Source of the DNA: Candidatus Micrarchaeota archaeon
Lineage (GTDB): Archaea > Micrarchaeota > Micrarchaeia > Norongarragalinales > SBBD01
Direction of reading: 5' to 3'
DNA: 30,967 bases
NCBI GenBank assembly: GCA_043806595.1
Contig: JAZDGU010000042.1
Span: 1-30,967 of the forward strand
The translations under genes and the position numbers were made by a program. This document shows, piece after piece, positions 1 to 9,302 of this stretch; position 1 is the first letter of the stretch, and each line of letters starts with the position of its first letter. Below the pieces are notes generated by a model. The model did no database searches. It was not told the origin of the DNA and worked only from the letters and a program-made list of their open reading frames with translations.

Positions 1-2531
1 ACATTCACATAAACAGGCCGCGTCGGATAATTGTCGTAATCCCGAACCTGCTCAATCCTAACCACCCTGACGAAGACCCCATTGGACGCCGTAACACACC
101 CGCCTTCACCCCTCACGACAGAAACGCCATCGGCGACGCTCTCGCACGACGGCGCGGGGGTGCCCCCGACGGCAAAGGATTTGTCAAGATAGTTGTTGTC
201 CTCGTTTGCCTCGGATACGTAGCCGCGCCAGTCGGCGCGGGCGCGAAGCGCGTACGTTCCGGGCTGCAGGCCGGGGACCGTCCATTCCTCGGTGACAGAA
301 GACCCGGACGCGATCGTCCTCTGCGGGCAAGTCTCGGAAACTGCAGAATCGAACACCCTCGCGCCGTTGATCGTATCCTTGAAGACGAGGAGGCGGTTGC
401 ACAAGGCCCTTGCGGACACTCCAGACGTTCCGGCGTTCCGGATGGTAGCCGTGACCAGCTGCGCGCCGCCCCCGGAGGGAGTAACGGCGACCGCGGAGAC
501 CACGAGGTCGGCGGAACTTGCGGGCGGCCTGCTGGCGCAGACGCCGGAAACGCAATCCTGGCCGGGCTGGCAGTCCGCGGAGGAAACGCACCTGACTTCG
601 GGCGGGACGTACGGAGTAACGCACATGTTCTCCGCGGCGTTGCATGTCTGGCCCCGGGCGCAGTCCGCATTTGCCTTGCAGGACTTGCAGTAAGGCTCGC
701 GCAGCGCGGGAGTACGGTAGTATTTCTCGAAGATGGCCTTGTCGACATCGTTCACTTGGCCGTCGCCGTCAAAGTCCGCGCGCGAGGTGAAGCCCTGCTG
801 TCCCGGCGACTTCTTGTAGGACTGGGTAAACACGGTAAAGTCGGTCGCGGAAATCTTCCCGTCGCCGGTGAGGTCAGGGCACTTGCGCGGAATCGGCCGG
901 CCGGCGTTGGCGCAGTAAAAGTTCTGGGCGTTCGGAACGCCGACGCCGCCGGCGTAGTAGAGCTTGAATATCTCGAAGTCGACGGCGTCCGTGCAGCCGT
1001 CGGAATCGAAGTCGACGCGCGGGTCGTACTTGGCCCCGCCCCTGCACACGTTGTTGTGCTGGCCGAGCCACGCGAAGTCCTGCACGTCGGTGCGGCCGCT
1101 GCCAAAGATGTCGGTGCACTTGTATCCGCCGGTGTCGACTATGGAGGGCGTGACGCAAAGGTGGTTTGCAGTGTCGCAGGTGGAGGACGAGGACAAGTAG
1201 GCGCAGTCGGAGTTGGTCCTGCACGTGGATAGCACGGAAGTCTTGACGGTCGCGGTGGCGGGGTCAGAAGAGACGGTAATGGCGCCGATGGTTACCTTGA
1301 GCGGGCGGCTCGCGGCCATGGAAGTGAAGTCGTGGACCGAGTTTTCCGTGACTCCGAAGGGCGAGAAGCTGCCGCCGGGAGGGGTGAAGAAGAAGCCGGC
1401 GACGCTTTTCTGGTTCGGGACCGTGCCCGTCCTACCGGTTTCCAGGAGCACGAGCCTGTAGCCGTTGCTCGAATACAGCGAATCGCCGGGATGGAGAACG
1501 TAGCTGCCGTCGCCGGTGTACGTCTTCTTGACGTAGGGGCCAGGCGTGGTCGAGGAGGTTGAAAGCGTGATTTTCTTGACGTTGTTCGCCATGGTCGACT
1601 CCAAGTCGAGGTTGTAAGGCCGGTTGGGGATGTCGAGGCTTGCAGTGACCTCGACGGTCTTGCCGGCGTCGATCGTGAGCGTGGAAGTCAGCGTCGACTC
1701 GGCGCCGGGGCGGAAGTATTCCGCGGGGTCGGAAGCGGTCAGGCAGGATTCCTTGAAGTAGTTGATTTCCGTGGACTTCGTCCACCAGACGCAGAATGTC
1801 TTGTACTGCGAGCCGATGAGCCGGGGCTGGAAGGAGGTCGTGCCGACGTTCTTGACGACGGCCCTGAGGGTTACCGGCACGCCTGCGGTGACGGTCGCGG
1901 GCTCCTTCGTCAGGCTGATGATAGCGAGGTCGGGGCCAGCCGGCGCTGGGGTGGGCGTGGCAGTGGGAGTGGGGATGGCGCGGGCCTGAGGGCAGTAGGG
2001 TAGCTTCGGCAGCACGGCATTGTTGTACTGCGCGAAGATGGCCTTGTCGACGTCGTCGACGCCGCCGTCGGAATCGAAGTCCGCCTTGGCGTCATAGCCG
2101 GAGTCGCCGTATTTCTTGTTTAAAGTGCGGACGAGAAGCGTGAAGTCCACTGCATCCACCTTCCCGTTGGCATCGATGTCCGGGCACTTGCGGGCAATCT
2201 GCCTGCCGGCGTTGACGCAGTAAGGGTTCTGAGAGTTGGGAACGCCGACGCCGCCGGCATAGTATTTCTTGAAAATCTCGAAGTCGACGGCGTCCGTGCA
2301 GCCCGAGTCGTCGAAGTCCGTGCGCGAGTCGAATCTCGAGTCGCCGGCGCAGGCGTTGTTGTGCGTGCCGAACCACGCGAAGTCCGGAACGTCCGTCGAG
2401 CCGCTGGAAAAGATGTCCGTGCACCGGTAGAGGCCCGCGGGCGCGGACTGGACTGCCGCGGCGGCGGGGGGCGCAAGGCAGACGAGCACCGAAAAAACGA
2501 AAAGAGACACGACGAAGGCTTTTACTGCCAT
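1..2531 (-). CDS. Large secreted modular surface protein with dockerin-like/EF-hand repeats, CARDB/Ig-like domains and Cys-rich repeats; 3' end runs off the window
   Basis: Missing from the ORF track because there is no stop before the left edge. Manual translation from ATG 2531, which has a GGGTGAG RBS, gives signal peptide MAVKAFVVSLFVFSVLVCLAPPAAA. It contains Ca-loop motifs DFDDSGCTDAVDF, DIDANGKVDAVDF and DFDSDGGVDDVD, a PTPTATPTP linker, and CARDB-like PDLAIISL...KNVG...ESTMANNVK. A second dockerin-like block and a second CARDB-like ADLVVSAV...RNAG...SEANEDNNY follow. Confidence 0.85.
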   Translation of the reverse strand, partial: MAVKAFVVSLFVFSVLVCLAPPAAAAVQSAPAGLYRCTDIFSSGSTDVPDFAWFGTHNNACAGDSRFDSRTDFDDSGCTDAVDFEIFKKYYAGGVGVPNSQNPYCVNAGRQIARKCPDIDANGKVDAVDFTLLVRTLNKKYGDSGYDAKADFDSDGGVDDVDKAIFAQYNNAVLPKLPYCPQARAIPTPTATPTPAPAGPDLAIISLTKEPATVTAGVPVTLRAVVKNVGTTSFQPRLIGSQYKTFCVWWTKSTEINYFKESCLTASDPAEYFRPGAESTLTSTLTIDAGKTVEVTASLDIPNRPYNLDLESTMANNVKKITLSTSSTTPGPYVKKTYTGDGSYVLHPGDSLYSSNGYRLVLLETGRTGTVPNQKSVAGFFFTPPGGSFSPFGVTENSVHDFTSMAASRPLKVTIGAITVSSDPATATVKTSVLSTCRTNSDCAYLSSSSTCDTANHLCVTPSIVDTGGYKCTDIFGSGRTDVQDFAWLGQHNNVCRGGAKYDPRVDFDSDGCTDAVDFEIFKLYYAGGVGVPNAQNFYCANAGRPIPRKCPDLTGDGKISATDFTVFTQSYKKSPGQQGFTSRADFDGDGQVNDVDKAIFEKYYRTPALREPYCKSCKANADCARGQTCNAAENMCVTPYVPPEVRCVSSADCQPGQDCVSGVCASRPPASSADLVVSAVAVTPSGGGAQLVTATIRNAGTSGVSARALCNRLLVFKDTINGARVFDSAVSETCPQRTIASGSSVTEEWTVPGLQPGTYALRARADWRGYVSEANEDNNYLDKSFAVGGTPAPSCESVADGVSVVRGEGGCVTASNGVFVRVVRIEQVRDYDNYPTRPVYVN
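690..2430 (-). repeat. Intragenic duplicated module (~2010-2430 and ~690-1125) encoding tandem dockerin-like domains
   Basis: Near-identical DNA blocks occur in both copies, e.g. tctcgaagtcgacggcgtccgtgcagcc and gaacgccgacgccgccggc. At protein level YRCTDIF..DFAW..HNN.C...GCTDAVDFEIFK.YYAGGVGVPN.QN.YC.NAGR.I.RKCPD...VDKAIF is repeated. Confidence 0.9.
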
Positions 2532-2726
2532 GCGGCTCACCCGAGACTGCTGTTGCAGGGAAACGCCCCTGCACGGGTAAGGTGAGGGGAACGACATCTT
2601 TTAATGCTATCTCTCCGGAGAGCATCCGATTAAGCCCAGATGCGGTGGTTCGCTTTTTGTAGTATGGGCGGGGTTTACTCTCGGCGTTGCTTGGCTTCTC
2701 GTGGTTTTCAGGGAATTATCGGACAG

Positions 2727-5045
2727 TCACCTCTCTCCGGCGCGCGCCTGGATGTCCATCAGTTCCTTATCGAGCTCGCCGGAAAGGCGGGCGTAGGCAG
2801 CATAATCCATCTCGCGCCGCATGAATTTCTTGATGAGCTGGACGCGCTCGGCCTCAATCTGCCGCACGCGCTCGCCGGCGAGCCGCTCCTTCTCCTTGGG
2901 GGAAACGCCGCGTGGGCGGCTCGCCGAAATCCAGTGGAAGGCCAGCACGGCTGCGAGCACCGCTGCGGCCGCAATAAGCAGGAATGCCGCCTGGCTCCGA
3001 GATTCGTTCCCGCCGCCGGCCGGGATCAGGATGCGGTCCTGCGCCTGCGGCGCGTGCCGGTCCGACGCTTCCAAGGTGGGTATGTAAAGGCCGGGCATGG
3101 GGCCGTGGGAGCCCAAGTCGTTTTCCGGGGTGTCCGACGCCTCACCCCGCGGGGTGACGGAAGGAGAGGTTGTGGCAGAGGAATTGGGTGGGGAGGGCGG
3201 GACGGGGGACGGGCTGGCATTCGCAGCTGGGGAGGCAGAAGGCGCGGGCGTCGGCGACGGCGGGGAGGGAGTGGCATTGTATGAGGGGAGCACGCACCGG
3301 GACTGGCACGTCCCCGGGTTTTCACAATACGCGGAAACATTGACAAGCCGGATGGTGCACTGGCCGTCCCCCGTACAAAAGCCGGATTCGGATTCTTGGA
3401 ACGCTGTCCCGCTGCAGCAGAAAAAAGTTTGGGAATCGAGTATTTCCCCCCCGCAGCCGCACGTGGCGGCGGCAACACCGTCCGGGCAGGCCTTGAGGAG
3501 TATCGCTGCCTCGTTCGTGCGGAGCGAAATGCGGTCAACTAGCTCGGGAGGAATCGAGCCGTCCGGCTGCAAGACGTAGAAATCTTGCGGATAACCTCCG
3601 AAGACGTCGGAGAACCAGAAAAGCTGCGGATCAACGTATGACGCGTAACACTTTTCCCAAGGGCAGTTGTTCTCGAGCGCCGTCTCCCGGTCCGGGTATG
3701 GTTTCCACCTCGCCATCACCCCGCCGTTCTCGAAATGCCGCGCCAATACCGCGCCTTGCGACGCGTTCAGGGAACAGTACCACGGGGTTTGCGGATAATA
3801 ATTGAAGAAGAGGCTCGTGCCCTCGTCGCCCCGGAAGTCGACCATTCCCGGGCGATTCTGCGCGGGCGCGCCCAGATCGACGTCCAGCATGGGATTCCAC
3901 TGGGAGAACGGGATGTTTGCGCCGGAAGGGTCCTCGCTGTAGCCGTAGAACAAGTGGTCGTTCGATAGAAGGTAGTATTTTGCAGCCGAAAACGCGCGCG
4001 TCCTGTTCGAATTTGCGTCAAGGGGGTAGTTCAGCGTCAACGGGAAAACCGGGTGCCCCAAATCATTGGAGTAGTTCCACGCGTCCTTCAGCTGCGGGCA
4101 GTCCTCCTGCCATGATGGCGTGCCGGCCTCGCCTCGGCTCAGCGGGGAAACCCACCGGGACACGGAGAACCTGTAGAAATTGGAAAGCAGCCACGCGAGG
4201 TTTGCGCTTGCCCGTGGGAAGAATCCGAGGCTCTTCGCGTCAGGGAAAAAATTGACGTTGAGCTGGGAATAAGACTGCAAATCCTGTTTTAACCGGTTAA
4301 TCAGCGCCGTGGCTTGGGCGTTGCGGGGATGGAGGGAGTCGCCGTCCATGACGCCGAAGTATTCGATGGTCTGGTTCAGGAAAGGAATCCCGCCGGGCTC
4401 GTAGAACGCGTCCCCCGCGTAAACAGTGAACATGTTGTAGCTGTGATAGCCGGCTAGGGCCTTCAGCGTGCGGTTGGCTTGCCAAAACCAGTACTCCCTG
4501 TAGGGAACGCTTTCTAGGTTGGCTGCCTTCCAGCCGGCGGCTTGGTTGTGGGCCTGAGGGTCGGGCACGCGGGAATCTGAAGGGGAGAGGGCAGAGGACC
4601 TCTCGCATCCTGCTGCTGGCGTGCCGGAGCACTGCGTCGGCGGCAGGCTGCCGACGGGGTTGCAGCCAGGCACGACGACGCCGTTGACCGTGGTGTCGCA
4701 CTTGTAGTGCAGGAAGACGCCCTCGAGGGCAACTGTCTGGTGGTCGTGGAAGTATTGCGTGAAGGCCGAGCCGTCGCCTGCGGGGAAATATGCCAGCGAA
4801 AGGTTCTGGGCGATTTCCATAGATGGATTGTGACGGAACAGGACATCGTAGTAGGTCTGCCAGTTGCCGATGGCGGCGTCGTAATTCGACTGGATGAAGG
4901 GGATGACATAATCTTGCGAGTATGAGCCGTGGGCGCGCTCCGGGACGTAGAGGACGGCCTTCACCGTCGGGTTGTCGCTCAATGCGTGCGCGGTTGCGGA
5001 TAAAAGCAGGGCGAGCAGAATCGTTGCGCGCGTGGAGCCGTCCAT
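2727..5045 (-). CDS. Secreted, membrane-anchored protein with a possible glycoside-hydrolase-like domain, Cys-rich and Pro/Ser/Thr linker, TM helix and cytoplasmic helical tail
   Basis: 772-aa ORF with a signal peptide and an aromatic-rich domain ending VDLGAP...VLARHFENGGV, reminiscent of putative GH (GHL15-like) proteins. C-terminal TM is AAFLLIAAAAVLAAVLAFHWI. The enzymatic call is tentative. Confidence 0.7.
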   Translation of the reverse strand: MDGSTRATILLALLLSATAHALSDNPTVKAVLYVPERAHGSYSQDYVIPFIQSNYDAAIGNWQTYYDVLFRHNPSMEIAQNLSLAYFPAGDGSAFTQYFHDHQTVALEGVFLHYKCDTTVNGVVVPGCNPVGSLPPTQCSGTPAAGCERSSALSPSDSRVPDPQAHNQAAGWKAANLESVPYREYWFWQANRTLKALAGYHSYNMFTVYAGDAFYEPGGIPFLNQTIEYFGVMDGDSLHPRNAQATALINRLKQDLQSYSQLNVNFFPDAKSLGFFPRASANLAWLLSNFYRFSVSRWVSPLSRGEAGTPSWQEDCPQLKDAWNYSNDLGHPVFPLTLNYPLDANSNRTRAFSAAKYYLLSNDHLFYGYSEDPSGANIPFSQWNPMLDVDLGAPAQNRPGMVDFRGDEGTSLFFNYYPQTPWYCSLNASQGAVLARHFENGGVMARWKPYPDRETALENNCPWEKCYASYVDPQLFWFSDVFGGYPQDFYVLQPDGSIPPELVDRISLRTNEAAILLKACPDGVAAATCGCGGEILDSQTFFCCSGTAFQESESGFCTGDGQCTIRLVNVSAYCENPGTCQSRCVLPSYNATPSPPSPTPAPSASPAANASPSPVPPSPPNSSATTSPSVTPRGEASDTPENDLGSHGPMPGLYIPTLEASDRHAPQAQDRILIPAGGGNESRSQAAFLLIAAAAVLAAVLAFHWISASRPRGVSPKEKERLAGERVRQIEAERVQLIKKFMRREMDYAAYARLSGELDKELMDIQARAGER

Positions 5046-5065
5046 GCAAGTAGAAATCGCGGGGG

Positions 5066-5075
5066 TTTAATAAAA
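5066..5075 (-). promoter_or_regulatory. Archaeal TATA box, probably driving a leaderless transcript of the 772-aa gene
   Basis: TTTTATTAAA on the minus strand about 25 nt upstream of ATG 5045 in a GC-rich context. Confidence 0.55.
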
Positions 5076-5113
5076 TATTCCGGGGGGCAAGGGGAGGCGG
5101 CCAGGCAGGCGGC

Positions 5114-5422
5114 TCACTTCTCGAGGGAGATCCCGATGGCGCGCTTTATCATCGCCTGCAGGTTCTCGCTGGACGCGCCCGAGGTCAGGCCGATCGGGAC
5201 TACCACGGGCTTGGAGGCCGTCTCGACGAGGTATTTCGTCTTCGCGGACATGCGCGCGAGGAAGTCGTCCTGAATCACGAGGATGCCGGCGTCCTTGCGC
5301 TGGAGGAGCTCGAGGAGCTTGGCCTCGGCCGCGTCCGGCTCGACGCGGAACGCCTCGGTGACGCCGACGAGCTGGAAGCCCTGCACCATGTCCCTGCCGC
5401 CGAGAACCATTATCTTGTCCAT
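5114..5422 (-). CDS. atpF: A/V-type ATP synthase subunit F
   Basis: KIMVLGGRDMVQGFQLVGV...KPVVVPI...IKRAIGISL motif pattern and operon position. Confidence 0.93.
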   Translation of the reverse strand: MDKIMVLGGRDMVQGFQLVGVTEAFRVEPDAAEAKLLELLQRKDAGILVIQDDFLARMSAKTKYLVETASKPVVVPIGLTSGASSENLQAMIKRAIGISLEK

Positions 5423-5447
5423 CTGAATCCCACTCTGGCGATGCCGC

Positions 5448-6467
5448 TCATGCGGCGAAGCTGAAGGCCATGCTCTTGAGGTCTTCCGTGAAGCCGAACT
5501 GCTTGGCGTACGCGATCTTGCGGATCGTGCCGACTTCCTCCTGCTTGAGGAAGAGGAAGCCGACTATCGTGCTGATGTCCAGCACTGAAACGCGCGTCTG
5601 GCGGAAGACGGTGGCGACGAAGTCCCTCTCGAGCGCGATTTCGAGCGGGATGAGCGAGTCAGCCTTGCTGGCCTCTTCGACGGCGGAGGCCGTCTTCTTG
5701 TCGCGCGCCTTGAGGCGCGCCAGGATCTTGTGGAAGTCAGTCATGGCGTCGAGCTCGCGGAGGAGCGCGCTGCTCTTCAGCGTAAGGAAGGGCATCGCGG
5801 AGGCGGCGGCGTCGCTTCTCTTCAGGCGGAGCAGGAGCATGAGGTCGCCGAGCTCGAGCTTGAGCCGGACGAACCTCTTGACGAGGGGGTTCTTTGTAGT
5901 CCTTGCGAGGGCGGCGAGCCTGCTGTTGTGGTAGGCGTAGAGCCCGCGCGTGAGGACGCGGAAGTCCCTCGTGCGGTCGTATTCCACGAAGACCTTGGAG
6001 AATGCCGCGGCGTATTCGGAGAACTGGAGCTCCTTCACGGCCTCGGTGAGAGAGCGGGCGGCGGTGAGCTTGTCGAGGTTGCGCCTGCTTTCGTCGCTCA
6101 ATATGATGAGGTCAGTGTCCTTGACCTCGGCGCCGGTCGCCTTCGCGGACAGTATGGTGGCAATGTTGCCTATCTCGTATTCGCGGAGGAACGCCTTGAG
6201 CATTTCCCTGCCGGACTCGGGGGTGACGTCGACGACCTTGCGGAGCGTCTTCTCGAAGTCGTCCTTGAGCGCGCGCACGACGAGCTCCATGCCGGAATAC
6301 TTCGTCGACATGGAGACGAAGGACTCGCGGTAGCCGCTCTCCTCGAGCAGCTCTATGAGTTCGGGGATGCTCCTGACGTCGAGGAGCTCGCGGAGCTTGC
6401 CGTCCTGGAACAGCTTGCTCTTCATGCCCTTTATGCGGGCGTTGGCGTACGAGTAATGAAGGTCCAT
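5448..6467 (-). CDS. atpC: A/V-type ATP synthase subunit C
   Basis: YSYANARIKGMKSKL N-terminus, YEIGNI motif, 339 aa, located between E and F. Confidence 0.93.
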   Translation of the reverse strand: MDLHYSYANARIKGMKSKLFQDGKLRELLDVRSIPELIELLEESGYRESFVSMSTKYSGMELVVRALKDDFEKTLRKVVDVTPESGREMLKAFLREYEIGNIATILSAKATGAEVKDTDLIILSDESRRNLDKLTAARSLTEAVKELQFSEYAAAFSKVFVEYDRTRDFRVLTRGLYAYHNSRLAALARTTKNPLVKRFVRLKLELGDLMLLLRLKRSDAAASAMPFLTLKSSALLRELDAMTDFHKILARLKARDKKTASAVEEASKADSLIPLEIALERDFVATVFRQTRVSVLDISTIVGFLFLKQEEVGTIRKIAYAKQFGFTEDLKSMAFSFAA

Positions 6468-6489
6468 TTCGGTACCACTGGTTGAGCGG

Positions 6490-7050
6490 CTACTTGAACA
6501 GGAGGTCGTATGCCCTCTGGCGGATCTCCTCGTCGTGCTCCTCGAGGATCGCCTCGAACGTGTTGTCGATCTTGACCCTGCCGTCTTCCGAGAGCGCGGC
6601 TGCTCCGCCTATGCATTCGATGGGCTTGGCCGAGGCCCTCGCGATCTGGCGGGCGAGCTGGAGGTCCTCCTTGTTGGCGAGCAGCACGCAGTCCTTGCCC
6701 GCCTTCGCGGCGGCGTCCCTCGCGAGGCGCTCGAAGACGGGCTTGTACTTCTTGCGGTCGGCAGCGGACTTCGCCAGCAGCGCGCGGAGTTCCCCGATGA
6801 CGTCCTGCACGAGGCCGAACTGGGCGTCCTGGACCATGCGCCGGGCCTTGATGTTCGCCGCGGAGACCCTCATGCGTTCCTTGGAGGCGTACTCCGAGGC
6901 CTCGTGCCTGGCGCTGTCGACGATCGCGTCAGCCTCCCCTTCCGCGAGCTCGCGCTCGCTGCGCGCCTGCGCGCGCGCCTGCTCCTCGAGTGCCGCTGTT
7001 TCGGCAGCGACCCTGCGGTGGAGATCCTCCTTGAGGTTGGCCAGCGTCAT
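6490..7050 (-). CDS. atpE: A/V-type ATP synthase subunit E
   Basis: Coiled-coil N-half and C-terminal IGG...SEDGRVKIDNTFEAIL motif. Confidence 0.92.
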   Translation of the reverse strand: MTLANLKEDLHRRVAAETAALEEQARAQARSERELAEGEADAIVDSARHEASEYASKERMRVSAANIKARRMVQDAQFGLVQDVIGELRALLAKSAADRKKYKPVFERLARDAAAKAGKDCVLLANKEDLQLARQIARASAKPIECIGGAAALSEDGRVKIDNTFEAILEEHDEEIRQRAYDLLFK

Positions 7051-7092
7051 GCGTTCTCTTACCCCCCTTTTTCCCCTTTCGCAGTCTTCCCC

Positions 7093-7329
7093 CTATTCTA
7101 CGCCGGGAATCTTCCCGATGAGGAAGAACGCGATGAGGAATCCGAGGATGACCATGGTTTCGGGCAAGGCGACGAGGATGAGCACGTTCGTGAAGCTGCC
7201 CTCCCTCTCGGCCATCAGGCCCATGCCAGCGGACCCTATTGCGGACTGGGCCCAAGCCGTCGCGAGAGCGCCGCCTGCGACCGCGAGGCCCGCTCCGAGC
7301 CCGATGAGGCCACCGGACAATTCAACCAT
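7093..7329 (-). CDS. atpK: A/V-type ATP synthase proteolipid subunit K (c), single hairpin
   Basis: 78 aa from ATG 7329 with two TM helices, a Gly-rich first helix, AQSAIG and the ion-binding ALPET motif. Confidence 0.95.
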   Translation of the reverse strand: MVELSGGLIGLGAGLAVAGGALATAWAQSAIGSAGMGLMAEREGSFTNVLILVALPETMVILGFLIAFFLIGKIPGVE

Positions 7330-7360
7330 ATACAAAACACCCCTTCCCAGTTGTTCCTGG

Positions 7361-7375
7361 TTTAAAATTTTAAAA
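7361..7375 (-). promoter_or_regulatory. Internal TATA-like element between atpI and atpK
   Basis: Pure A/T palindrome TTTAAAATTTTAAA (7361-7374), 32-45 nt upstream of the atpK ATG. Confidence 0.5.
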
Positions 7376-7392
7376 CCCCTCGCATCCCCCGA

Positions 7393-9282
7393 CTAATCCA
7401 AGGCGTCCTTCCTCAAGGGCTTGAACGGCATGCCGCCGCCCTCGTAGAACTTGCTGAAGAACTCGACATAGTGCAGCCTAAGCGTCTGGATTGCGGCCTC
7501 GAACATGCCGAGCGCGAGCGCGCCGATGTGGCCGATGACAAGGATGGCGAGGAAAGCGAAAAAGGACAAGAGGAAGCCGAGGTCGAAGGGCTGCTGCAGG
7601 GTCGCCATCGCGAAGAACCGGTCGAAGTCAACTGGGAGCTGGTTGATGATCATGACGAGCACGACGGCTCCGATGCCGAGCGCCGCGATACGGAGGTAGG
7701 AGAGCACGTTGCTGATGAGCCCCGGCAGCTCGAGGAGGTTAGTCGGAGACTCGAGCCTGGCGATGAGCGCGAGCGAGAGAACCATGAGGGCCGCGGAGAA
7801 CGGGTAGGGAATGACCGCGCCCAGCGGCTTGAGGAACTCGAGCAGCGATATCTCCGAGAACTGGACGACGAGCGCGATTAGCGAGAGCTCGACCCAGAGC
7901 CATGCGAGCTTTGCGACGGCGTGGCCGAAGTGCCTCTCCCTGGCCTTGACAGCTGCGCCGATGACGAGGCCGACGGCGACGTGCAGCGCGCCGATGAAAA
8001 TGGAGAGGTTGATGAGCGCCGCGGACTCCTCGATTCTGTGGAGCATGGGATGCAGTTCCATGCCGAAGATGTGCTCGAGCCCGAAGAACTCCGCGAAAAC
8101 GAATCCGAAGGCTATGGCGCTCAGCGCGCTGAGCGCGAGCATGCCCGCGATGCGCTTGAGCAGGACGCTCTTGGACCGGAGCTTGATGGCGAGCGCTGCT
8201 ATGAAGAGCACGAGGCCGTAGCCGATGTCGCCGAGGATCATGCCGAAGAATATGGGGAAGGAGATGGAGATGAACAGCGTGGGATCGATCTCGTAGCTCT
8301 TGGGGAGCGAGAAGAACTCGACGAGGAACTCGAACGGCCGCACAAGCGCCGGGTTGTCGAGCTTGGAGGGAGGCACCTCTGAGGTCTCCACGGTCTCGAC
8401 GAGCGTGTTCGGAAGTTTTGCGATGCGGGCCTCGAAGGGCCTGAGCTTCTTCTTCTCGATCCAGCCCTCGGCGACTGAGAAATATTTGGTCTTGCCGAAC
8501 TTGAACGGCAGCTCGGCCTTGAGCGCAAGGATTTCCAGCCGGGCGATGAGCGTCAGGATGCGCTGGCCGTTCTTCTTGAGGTATTCCTGCTGGAGGGCGT
8601 CCTGCCTCTGCATCGACTTGTCTACGGAGGCGATTTCGGCGTCGGTGTCCCGGAGCTCGGCGCCGAACGGCTTGGAGGACTGCGGGAGGGGATAGACTGC
8701 GGAGGCGTGCTTGAGCACCAGAACGTTGGCCTCCGCTTCCCTACGCGAGTCGAAGGCGAGGAGCGCGTACTCGTCCCGGCCGTCCTTGACCGCGAGAAGC
8801 TCGTGGCCGACGTCCTTCAGGCCGAGCTTGAACTCCTTGAAGGCGCCGGGCTTGAGCTTGAAGTATGCGAACCGCAAACTGCCGGAGGCGAGCTCCTTCG
8901 GGGGAACGACGAGCATGCGGAAAGGGAGCAGCTCCTGGCGCCGGGAAGCCAGCCTCTCGCGCCTCGACTTCAGGTCCGCGCGCTGAAGCTGGATGCCGTC
9001 GAGCTCGACGAGGCGGAGCGAGGCGTACTGCCTCGAGCACTCGGCGAGGCTTGCGGGCTGGGCCTCCGCCGCGCCGGAAAGGGCTAGCGTCTTCTGGACG
9101 GCGCGCAGCTTGATCAGCATCTCGGAAATCCGCTCGAAGGACTGCAGGGGGCGGTCGAGGTCGCCGGCCTTGCATTCGCGGACCTCTATGGCGCCGAAGT
9201 CGTAGAGGGCCTCGATGCCCCTCTCGGCCTTTTCCTTCGGTAAGATAATGCGGACCTTCTGCATCTCTTCGAGGCTAAGCAT
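7393..9282 (-). CDS. atpI: A/V-type ATP synthase subunit I (a)
   Basis: EIDPT...FFGMILGDIGYG, essential Arg in SNVLSYLRIAALG, and LRLHYVEFFSKFYEGGG. Confidence 0.96.
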   Translation of the reverse strand: MLSLEEMQKVRIILPKEKAERGIEALYDFGAIEVRECKAGDLDRPLQSFERISEMLIKLRAVQKTLALSGAAEAQPASLAECSRQYASLRLVELDGIQLQRADLKSRRERLASRRQELLPFRMLVVPPKELASGSLRFAYFKLKPGAFKEFKLGLKDVGHELLAVKDGRDEYALLAFDSRREAEANVLVLKHASAVYPLPQSSKPFGAELRDTDAEIASVDKSMQRQDALQQEYLKKNGQRILTLIARLEILALKAELPFKFGKTKYFSVAEGWIEKKKLRPFEARIAKLPNTLVETVETSEVPPSKLDNPALVRPFEFLVEFFSLPKSYEIDPTLFISISFPIFFGMILGDIGYGLVLFIAALAIKLRSKSVLLKRIAGMLALSALSAIAFGFVFAEFFGLEHIFGMELHPMLHRIEESAALINLSIFIGALHVAVGLVIGAAVKARERHFGHAVAKLAWLWVELSLIALVVQFSEISLLEFLKPLGAVIPYPFSAALMVLSLALIARLESPTNLLELPGLISNVLSYLRIAALGIGAVVLVMIINQLPVDFDRFFAMATLQQPFDLGFLLSFFAFLAILVIGHIGALALGMFEAAIQTLRLHYVEFFSKFYEGGGMPFKPLRKDALD

Positions 9283-9302
9283 ATGGATTCAGCGTTGCGG
9301 GG

